Below, one piece after another: positions 6,311 to 12,745 of a DNA stretch of 12,745 nucleotides (the stretch's first letter is position 1; each line of letters begins with the position of its first letter). Source of the DNA: Candidatus Bathyarchaeota archaeon (GTDB lineage Archaea; Thermoproteota; Bathyarchaeia; TCS64); NCBI GenBank assembly GCA_043826455.1, contig JBDRQD010000063.1:1-12745 (forward strand), given 5' to 3'. Made by a program: the position numbers and the translations under genes. A model generated the notes under the pieces. That model worked only from the letters and a program-made list of their open reading frames with translations. It made no database searches and was not told where the DNA came from.

Positions 6311-7987
6311 TCATAGGCCCACTGCCTTTGACCGCCTGAAGAGATCCACGCCTCCTCGGATTAGTCCGGTGCCGCGATCAATTTTTATTGCTGATGGCCG
6401 GGCGAAGGCTGACAACCCAGGCCCCTCCTCTACGACCTTAACTCTGTGCCCCAGTGATGCCAGGTGTTTGATGGAATCTGATGGGATACGTGAATCCACG
6501 AGTGTCTCCGCCCCGCTGGAGTCCACCGTGGCTGCGGCGACGGCCTCCTGGGGCCCCATGCCAAACTCCAGCGAGTTGAGAGCTACCTGTAGGTTCCTGC
6601 ATATGATGCGCCGGGAGCCCGGTGCTCCCGCAAGCAGGACTGGGGCGCCGTCCTCGGTGACGATTAGGGGCCCCATGTTCATGAGGGGCCTCTTCCAGGG
6701 CGCCACGCTGTTGGGGTAACCTGGCTTTGGGACGAACCAGCCCATGGCTGTGGCCAGGTGAAGGCCGGTTCCTTGAGGTACGAGGCCTACCTGGAACCCA
6801 GGCGTGTGGGTGCAGGCTACCGCGTTGCCGTCCCTGTCAACTACGTTGAGGTGGGTGGTGTCGCCCTGCGCTGAGTGATCATCACCGGGATCGTGGATGG
6901 GCGCACCCAGGTACATAACCCAGGGCTCACTGTCGCCTCTGTAGAAGGACGTGGAGCCCTCATCGATCAATAATGACAGTTTTTCTGCGTACGCGTCACA
7001 GAGCGTTTCCTTGAGCGGCACCTCGGCATGGTCCCAGTCCCCGAGAAGGCTGTACCTGTCCGCGAAGGCGTGGCGGGAAGCCTCGATCAGCAGGTGGAGG
7101 TACTCGCCGGAGTTGTGCACCAGGGAGGAGACCTCAAACCTGTCCAGTACCTTGAGGGTCTCCAGGATGGTCACTCCGCCGCTGGGCGTGTTAGTGGTGC
7201 TGACCTCGTATTCTCCGTACTTGACAGTGATCGGTTCTCTAACTGTGGGATCGTAGGATGCTAGGTCCTCGGCGTCCAAGACGCCCCCCGCCAAGGCTAC
7301 AGTTTCCTCGATCTTCTTGGCGACCTCGCCTTCGTATATAGCGCTTCGCCCCTCTTCGCCCACCTTCGTGAGAAGCCGAGCCAGGTCAGGCTGAACTATC
7401 CTTGTTCCAGGCGCTGCAGGGTAGCCTCCCGGGCTCCAAATATCATCTATGACTGCGCATCTCCTCGACTCCCTCGCCAGAACTCCGTGAGTCAAGGCTT
7501 GGTCCCAGCCCAATGTGAAGCCGCCCTTGGCCAGGGACACGGCTGGGGCCACCACCTCTCTCAACGGCTTTGAGCCGTACAGCTCGTGGGCCTTGACGAA
7601 ACCTGCACAAGCCGCGGGCACTGTGACCGCTTTTCCACCCACGCTGTTCTCTTTGCCCTCGACCTCGAAGATGCGGGTCCCACCGGCGGGGCTCTCGCCC
7701 AACACCTTGAACATGTCGGGGCGAGCCGCTTTTGGCGCCCTCGTGTTAAAGTCAATGGACATCACCCGGTCCTCCTGTGAGCTGTATGCCACCATGAAGC
7801 CCAGCCCGCCGAGGCAGGCCAGATAGGGCTCCAGCACGGTGTTGCAGAAGCCCACAGCCACTGCCGCGTCGAACGCGTTTCCCCCGGTTCTCAGCAGCTT
7901 CAGCCCAGCCTCCGCGGCCTCGGGGATCGAAGCTGTGACCATGCCAGTCTCTGAGACGGCCTCATCCTTGACGAATCGGAGCGACAT
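6311..7987 (-). CDS. Gamma-glutamyltransferase-family Ntn hydrolase with divergent substrate pocket
   Basis: GGNAFDAAVA, GLGF, AFADR, autoprocessing site D|TTHLNVVDRDGNAV (Thr codon 6857-6859), PWKRP. SD GGTGA precedes ATG 7987; alternative start GTG 7996. Confidence 0.9.
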   Translation of the reverse strand: MSLRFVKDEAVSETGMVTASIPEAAEAGLKLLRTGGNAFDAAVAVGFCNTVLEPYLACLGGLGFMVAYSSQEDRVMSIDFNTRAPKAARPDMFKVLGESPAGGTRIFEVEGKENSVGGKAVTVPAACAGFVKAHELYGSKPLREVVAPAVSLAKGGFTLGWDQALTHGVLARESRRCAVIDDIWSPGGYPAAPGTRIVQPDLARLLTKVGEEGRSAIYEGEVAKKIEETVALAGGVLDAEDLASYDPTVREPITVKYGEYEVSTTNTPSGGVTILETLKVLDRFEVSSLVHNSGEYLHLLIEASRHAFADRYSLLGDWDHAEVPLKETLCDAYAEKLSLLIDEGSTSFYRGDSEPWVMYLGAPIHDPGDDHSAQGDTTHLNVVDRDGNAVACTHTPGFQVGLVPQGTGLHLATAMGWFVPKPGYPNSVAPWKRPLMNMGPLIVTEDGAPVLLAGAPGSRRIICRNLQVALNSLEFGMGPQEAVAAATVDSSGAETLVDSRIPSDSIKHLASLGHRVKVVEEGPGLSAFARPSAIKIDRGTGLIRGGVDLFRRSKAVGL

Positions 7988-8116
7988 CCTACTCACCGTT
8001 ACACTGTTCTTCTCGGACCTGAAAAAACTGCCGCGGAGCCAACGTTTTCATCGTGGTTTCCCCTAGGGTAGACGAGCGGAAAAATAGTGTGTGAAGAGCC
8101 TATACATCAGCAGGCG

Positions 8117-8926
8117 TCAAGTGGTTGACGCGGTTCTCCTCAACACGTAGGCGGGGTACTCGCACACGTGGCTGAAGCCCAGGGCCTGGGCCAGTTTATT
8201 GGACTCCGTGTTATCGGTCCAGCAGTGCCACCCGACAAGCCTGTAGCCCTGGGCCACGCCGTAGCTGATAGTGGCCTTTGCTGTCTGGAGTGCTAGGCCT
8301 TTCCGCCTATGCTTTTCCGCTGTCTCGATGCCTATCTCGAACCTGTCGCCTGTGTTGTACTCGGACATGCACCAGCCGGCTATCTCTCCGCCCGCCACTG
8401 CGCAGAAGCCGAAGCTCTTCTCCAGAAAAGCCTCAGCTGTTGGCCTCTCGGACCTCATTTCTTCGATTACGCGTTCAGTGTTCTTCAGGCTCAGTGACAG
8501 GAGGTTCCTGTCGACCATGTGTATGGTGTAGCCCTGCGGCGGCTCGGCTCCCCAGTCATGTTTGGCGGCGTCTACCTCGTAGTAGTTCCTTTTTCGGGTA
8601 GTCGCCCTGAAGCCTTCCAGCTCCAAGAAACGGTCATCGTCATGTCCGGGCTCGAGGTAGACCACGGAGACGCCGGAGTCTCTCGCCCCTGCCCTCCACG
8701 CTATTGTCTCTGCAAGGCTGCTGAATAGATCACCACTGACTTCGCCTGCAACGTAGACCCTGGAACCAGACCAGGTAACACCCGCCCTCGGGCTGTCCAC
8801 GTCGTCAACCCAGACGGGCGAGGCTGTGCCCCCGGATAGTATTGACCCCACGGCCAGATTATACCTCATGCCCTTGAACAGGGTCTCAACCTTCCATGTC
8901 TCCTCGGGAGGGCATCGGGTGAACAT
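8117..8926 (-). CDS. GNAT-family N-acetyltransferase (two-domain, YdfB-like)
   Basis: C-terminal FGFCAV...EIGIETAEKHRRKGLA (acetyl-CoA motif A) and WHCWTDNTESNKLAQALGF. ATG 8926 is preferred; TTG 8935 is possible. Confidence 0.88.
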   Translation of the reverse strand: MFTRCPPEETWKVETLFKGMRYNLAVGSILSGGTASPVWVDDVDSPRAGVTWSGSRVYVAGEVSGDLFSSLAETIAWRAGARDSGVSVVYLEPGHDDDRFLELEGFRATTRKRNYYEVDAAKHDWGAEPPQGYTIHMVDRNLLSLSLKNTERVIEEMRSERPTAEAFLEKSFGFCAVAGGEIAGWCMSEYNTGDRFEIGIETAEKHRRKGLALQTAKATISYGVAQGYRLVGWHCWTDNTESNKLAQALGFSHVCEYPAYVLRRTASTT

Positions 8927-8993
8927 CGCGTTCAATGTCGCTTTCTGGCTAATAATGTTGATGCAGACCCGGGAGGCTGCGACCTCGGAGCCG

Positions 8994-9014
8994 TTGGACG
9001 CGGAAAGTGTCCAA
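8994..9014. promoter_or_regulatory. Palindrome TTGGAC-N9-GTCCAA (copy 1)
   Basis: TTGGAC GCGGAAAGT GTCCAA in the divergent GNAT/ilvD intergenic region. The same arms and spacing recur at 9160. Confidence 0.45.
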
Positions 9015-9159
9015 AATCTTGAAGGTATATTTATTAAAGGTATAAGAACGAACCGCGATAGGGTTTACTGTTAAAGGCAAAAAATTTTGTTGTGAGGACC
9101 ATGTTTTAGCACCGTTGGTGTCACCTAGGCTCCGGGTATAAAACCAACTGCTTTTCGCA

Positions 9160-9179
9160 TGGACGTGGTTCACGTCCAA
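9160..9179. promoter_or_regulatory. Palindrome TGGAC-N9-GTCCAA (copy 2; TGGACGTG-GTT-CACGTCCA)
   Basis: 8-bp perfect inverted repeat with the same core geometry as copy 1. Confidence 0.45.
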
Positions 9180-9246
9180 GACGCTAAACGGGGCTTAAAC
9201 GCCTGAATTGGACGCAAGGCAGCTCTCAAACTCGGCTCAGGTAAAC

Positions 9247-9254
9247 ATTATATC
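9247..9254 (+). promoter_or_regulatory. TATA box for ilvD (probably leaderless)
   Basis: GTAAAC-ATTATATC ending about 23 nt before ATG 9277. Confidence 0.5.
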
Positions 9255-9276
9255 TGCTGAAAACTGTGTCCACGGT

Positions 9277-10959
9277 ATGAGTGTTAATCCCCGTCACCGT
9301 TCAAGCAAGGTGTATGATGGACTCGATCGCCTGAGCCACAGGAGTCTACTGAAGGGCACGGGCGTGGTTGAAGAGGATATGAAGAAGCCCCTGGTGGCCA
9401 TAGCTAATAGTTTCACCGAGATCAACCCGGGCCACGTGCACTTGGACAGGCTCGCCGAGCAGGTTAAGCTAGGCGTCCACGCCGCGGGGGGCGTGGCCAG
9501 GGAGTTCAACACCATCGCGGTCTGCGACGGCATCGTCATGGGCCATGAGGGCATGAAGATGAGCCTCCCCAGCAGGGAGGTCATCGCGGACAGCGTGGAG
9601 ATCATGGTGGAGAGCCATGGCTTCGACGCCATGGTGTGCATAACCACGTGTGACAAGATCGACCCCGGCATGCTCATGGCGGCCGCCCGCGTCGACATCC
9701 CCACCATCTTCGTGCTCGGAGGCCCCATGGAGCCCGGGTGCCCCGTGTGGGGCCACTTCGAGGGTAAGAAGATCACGGTCCAGGAGCTGTTCGAGGCCGC
9801 GGCCCTCACCGTCAGCGGCAAGATGAGCCAGGAGGAGGCCAAGTACCTTGAGGACATATGCTGCGGCCCAGGGGCGTGCAGCGGCATGTTCACGGCCATG
9901 ACCATGCAGTGCCTCACGGAGGCTATCGGGATGACCCTGCCGTACATGGCCACGACGCCGGCCATGGGTATGGAGCGCATGAGGCTGGCCTACGAGGCCG
10001 GGCTGAAGGTGATGGAGCTGCTGAAGAAGGGTATAACGCCTAGGAAGATCATGTCCGAGGCCGCCTTCAGGAACGCCATAACCGTGGACATGGCCCTGGG
10101 GGGCTCCACTAACACGGTGCTGCACCTCAAGGCCGTGGCCGAGGAGTGCAGCCTCGACCTGCCCTTAGAGCTCTTCGACGAGATAGGCAAGAAGACGCCC
10201 CACCTGTGCAACATGGCGCCTGCGGGGCCTCTCAAGATAGTTGACCTGCACGCCGCGGGGGGCATCCCCGGCGTCATGAAGACTTTGGAGGGTAGGCTGG
10301 ATACAGGCGTGGCGACTGCCACAGGTAAATCGCTGAAGGAGAACCTCAAGGGCGTGAAGGTGTACGACAGGATGATCATACGGCCCTTGGACAACCCCGT
10401 ACACGAGACGGGTGGCATAGCTATAATGAAGGGTAACCTGGCCCCCAACTACGGTGTGGCTAAGATGGCCGCCATCGACCCCGCCATGTGGGTGTTCATG
10501 GGCACAGCTAGGTGCTTCGACGACGAGGCTGACGCCCTGGAGGCCATCCACGGTGGCAGGGTTAAGAACGGGGACATTCTCATCATCAGGTACGAGGGGC
10601 CCAAGGGTGGGCCGGGTATGAGGGAAATGCTGGCGGCCACCAGCGCCATCGTGGGCTACGGTTTAGATAGGGTGGCCATACTCACGGACGGCAGGTTCAG
10701 CGGCGCAAGCAGAGGCCCCTGCATCGGCCACATCTCACCCGAGGCCGCGGTTGGTGGACCCATCGCCCTCGTCGAGGATGGGGACAGGATCAGCATCAAC
10801 GTGCCTGAGAGGCGGTTACACCTGGAAGTCTCCGATGAGGAGTTGAAGCTTAGAAAGGCTAAGTGGAAGCCCAGGGCTCCCAAGGTCACCAAGGGGTACC
10901 TGGCCAGGTACGCTAAGCTTGTGACCAGCGCCGACAGGGGCGCAGTGTTGAAGATATAG
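9277..10959 (+). CDS. ilvD: Dihydroxy-acid dehydratase
   Basis: [82 protein letters not shown] 9277 is preferred over the ORF-track TTG 9208. Confidence 0.95.
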   Translation: MSVNPRHRSSKVYDGLDRLSHRSLLKGTGVVEEDMKKPLVAIANSFTEINPGHVHLDRLAEQVKLGVHAAGGVAREFNTIAVCDGIVMGHEGMKMSLPSREVIADSVEIMVESHGFDAMVCITTCDKIDPGMLMAAARVDIPTIFVLGGPMEPGCPVWGHFEGKKITVQELFEAAALTVSGKMSQEEAKYLEDICCGPGACSGMFTAMTMQCLTEAIGMTLPYMATTPAMGMERMRLAYEAGLKVMELLKKGITPRKIMSEAAFRNAITVDMALGGSTNTVLHLKAVAEECSLDLPLELFDEIGKKTPHLCNMAPAGPLKIVDLHAAGGIPGVMKTLEGRLDTGVATATGKSLKENLKGVKVYDRMIIRPLDNPVHETGGIAIMKGNLAPNYGVAKMAAIDPAMWVFMGTARCFDDEADALEAIHGGRVKNGDILIIRYEGPKGGPGMREMLAATSAIVGYGLDRVAILTDGRFSGASRGPCIGHISPEAAVGGPIALVEDGDRISINVPERRLHLEVSDEELKLRKAKWKPRAPKVTKGYLARYAKLVTSADRGAVLKI

Positions 10960-10992
10960 CATCTTCAACGCATATTTTAGGCTCATCTACCT

Positions 10993-11031
10993 AGACCTTT
11001 TTCGTGTAAAAAGTGGTTGAAAAATGGGTCT
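10993..11031. terminator. Putative bidirectional terminator between convergent ilvD and tes
   Basis: T5 tract on + (10998-11002) and A5 tracts (11008-11012, 11020-11024, T5 on -), arranged as the inverted repeats CTTTTT-N5-AAAAAG and AGACCTTTTTC...GAAAAATGGGTCT. Confidence 0.45.
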
Positions 11032-11035
11032 CCGG

Positions 11036-12613
11036 CTACCCTGGATCCCTAATCATCGTCGGCTCCACGTAGTCCAAGAACCACGTGTCCTCGCTCTCCT
11101 TCTCCTCCTCAAGTATCCTTCTGGTTAGAGCTTTGACGTCGTATAGAGGCGTTAGGTTGTCTTTCGTTATGGGCTGGGCGTACATCTTCTCCACCGACTC
11201 CCTGTGGATGTTGTTCATGGCGCAGAAGGGTATGATCCGTCCGTCGGGTGTCGCGTAATGGATGACGCACCGCTGAACCCGGTCCAGGTCGAAGTTGTAG
11301 GGATCCATGAAGTGCATGGTGCTCACTAGGACCATCTGGTGGTGCATCCTGTTGAGGCTCAGGTAGTCGCTGTGGAGGATCACGTCGCTCACGTACTTTG
11401 AGAGGGCCCTGAACCTGATGTTTCTCAGCAGGCTGGCCGTGAGCTCCAGTTTTCCGAGCATCTCGTCGCCCTTCTCCAGTTTCTCGTTTGCGCGCGTGAA
11501 GGCTTCCAGCGCCTTGTCTACATCCACTAGCCTCGTTATGGGCTGGACCTTGTCTCCGTCCATGAAGAGGTACATCCCCATGCCGCAGTGGGGGTGGGCG
11601 CAGAAGTCCACGAAGCGTTCCTCCTTCATGGCGCTGAGGAAGTCTGTGAGGGGCTTGACTGAGGGCACCGGGTACCAGTCGCTCTCCTTGATGAGGCCCC
11701 CTGTCTGGGTTTCCGTTTGTTTCATGATCTCGGGGATGGTTATCCTCATGGACTCCCGGTTCTCACGGTTTATCCTGCCGGTCACGCTGACGGGCTGGAA
11801 GTTCACAGCCCTGACGCAGTCCCTGTTATCTACGGCGAACCGGATGATGTCCCCTATCTGGCCCTCATTGACACCGTTAATCACAACCGGCACGAGGACT
11901 ATGCTGAAGAAATCCGCGTTCTTCAGGTTCTCTATCGCCCTAAGCTTGATGGGCAGCAGGTTGAAGCCCCGGGCCATGATGTAGGGCTCGGGGGTTACGC
12001 CGTCGAACTGGAGGTACACCGTGTCCACGCCCGCCCTCTTCAGCTCCCTGCAGTACTCAGGGCTCTCAGCCATCCTTATCCCGTTGGAGTTGACCTCCAC
12101 GTGGACGAAACCCATCTCCTTTGCTAGCTCGACCAGCTCGGGCAGGTCCCCCCTAACCGTGGGTTCGCCGCCGCTGAGCTGGAGGGCGGGGGTCCACACG
12201 GGGTCGTTGGCCATGAGGTTCTCCATCATGCCTCTGATCTGCTGGAAGGTGGGCTCGTACAGGTATCCGGCCGTCCCGGAGTGTGCGAAGCATATGGGGC
12301 ACCTGAGGTTGCACCTGTTTGTGACGTCGATGATGCCCAGGGCTGTGGTGGACTTGTGGTTGGGGCAGACGCCGCAGTCGTGGGGGCACCCCTTCTTCTC
12401 CTCAGTCCTAGGGTTACTCATCAGCGTGCCCATGTGCCCGTAGGACTCGGCCCGCCTGTACTGAGCATAGTCGCCCCAGTAGATCTCCTCATAGTCTCCG
12501 TGGGTGGGGCAGCTCTTGGACATGAGTACCCTGCCGTCCTCCTCGTAGATGGTTGCCGGCACCACGTTCAGGCACTCTGGGCACAGGCTCTGCGTGGCCT
12601 TGATGAACCGCAT
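11036..12613 (-). CDS. tes: Tetraether lipid synthase Tes / GDGT-MAS (MJ0619-family radical SAM; often misannotated as a pterin dimethyltransferase)
   Basis: N-terminal CPEC...CPTHG rubredoxin-like site, GCPHDCGVCPNH auxiliary cluster motif, CNLRCPIC radical SAM motif, SGGEPT, YLQFDG, NFQP, HPHCG, MHFMD...RCVIHY...IPFC. SD AGGTG precedes ATG 12613; alternative start GTG 12622. Confidence 0.85.
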   Translation of the reverse strand: MRFIKATQSLCPECLNVVPATIYEEDGRVLMSKSCPTHGDYEEIYWGDYAQYRRAESYGHMGTLMSNPRTEEKKGCPHDCGVCPNHKSTTALGIIDVTNRCNLRCPICFAHSGTAGYLYEPTFQQIRGMMENLMANDPVWTPALQLSGGEPTVRGDLPELVELAKEMGFVHVEVNSNGIRMAESPEYCRELKRAGVDTVYLQFDGVTPEPYIMARGFNLLPIKLRAIENLKNADFFSIVLVPVVINGVNEGQIGDIIRFAVDNRDCVRAVNFQPVSVTGRINRENRESMRITIPEIMKQTETQTGGLIKESDWYPVPSVKPLTDFLSAMKEERFVDFCAHPHCGMGMYLFMDGDKVQPITRLVDVDKALEAFTRANEKLEKGDEMLGKLELTASLLRNIRFRALSKYVSDVILHSDYLSLNRMHHQMVLVSTMHFMDPYNFDLDRVQRCVIHYATPDGRIIPFCAMNNIHRESVEKMYAQPITKDNLTPLYDVKALTRRILEEEKESEDTWFLDYVEPTMIRDPG

Positions 12614-12703
12614 GTGACCCACCTTATGAGGGGGAAACAGGTAACTCTTAATGAAGGTTTTTTGTGTTTTACCCTTCTGCTTAGTGAAAAATATCGTTAG
12701 AGA

Positions 12704-12745
12704 TTTATATGATTCCTTGTCTTATCATCAAGATGTCATCCCCCC
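12704..12745 (+). other. Possible TATA box (TTTATAT) and start (ATG 12733) of a next, divergent gene
   Basis: TATA-to-ATG spacing of about 23 nt matches other promoters in this window. Only 4 codons are visible. Confidence 0.3.

Noticed and set aside
8034..9134. CGGAGCC heptamer in intergenic DNA at 8034, 8986 and inverted at 9128
   Set aside because: Short, GC-rich and noticed post hoc, with no consistent position relative to promoters.
8949..9179. 76-aa minus-strand ORF in the GNAT/ilvD spacer, and a possible ilvD leader peptide
   Set aside because: TTG start, atypical composition and no SD. No Ile/Leu/Val-rich short ORF was seen upstream of ilvD.
8994..9200. Replication origin (palindromes flanking an AT-rich core) or Xer dif site (TTATATCT at 9248)
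   Set aside because: No ORB consensus with a G-string and no adjacent cdc6/orc1 gene. The dif left arm with a 6-nt spacer is absent.
9294..12700. Antisense ORFs up to 228 aa across ilvD and tes
   Set aside because: Explained by high GC3 codon bias; no domain signatures.
1..12745. CRISPR array, tRNA/rRNA, transposase or integrase
   Set aside because: No spaced direct repeats, cloverleaf or recombinase motifs seen. Nearly all of the sequence is accounted for by protein-coding genes.

Overview
Gene-dense archaeal chromosomal window. Evidence for archaeal origin: TATA-box promoters about 25 nt upstream of start codons, GGTG(A) Shine-Dalgarno motifs, an Sm/Lsm gene, a single-OB-fold SSB and a tetraether synthase. 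A Bathyarchaeia/TACK-like origin is my inference only. Genes in order: partial ECF S-component (-), threonine-synthase-fold protein fused to a C-terminal PadR-like winged HTH (-), SSB (+), HD hydrolase (+), UbiX (-), Sm-like protein (-), SAM methyltransferase (-), ArgH-superfamily C-N lyase resembling EDDS lyase (+), nitroreductase (+), divergent GGT-family Ntn hydrolase (-), GNAT (-), IlvD (+), and Tes/GDGT-MAS radical SAM (-). No mobile element, CRISPR array, tRNA or rRNA was seen. The best candidate for an undescribed system is at the left end. There, a PLP-binding ThrC-fold/wHTH fusion with altered substrate-binding residues lies directly upstream of an ECF S-component whose promoter carries a perfect 18-bp palindrome, suggesting a fold-type-II PLP sensor-repressor that controls a vitamin transporter. 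All family calls come from motif recognition and recalled reference sequences; no searches were run.
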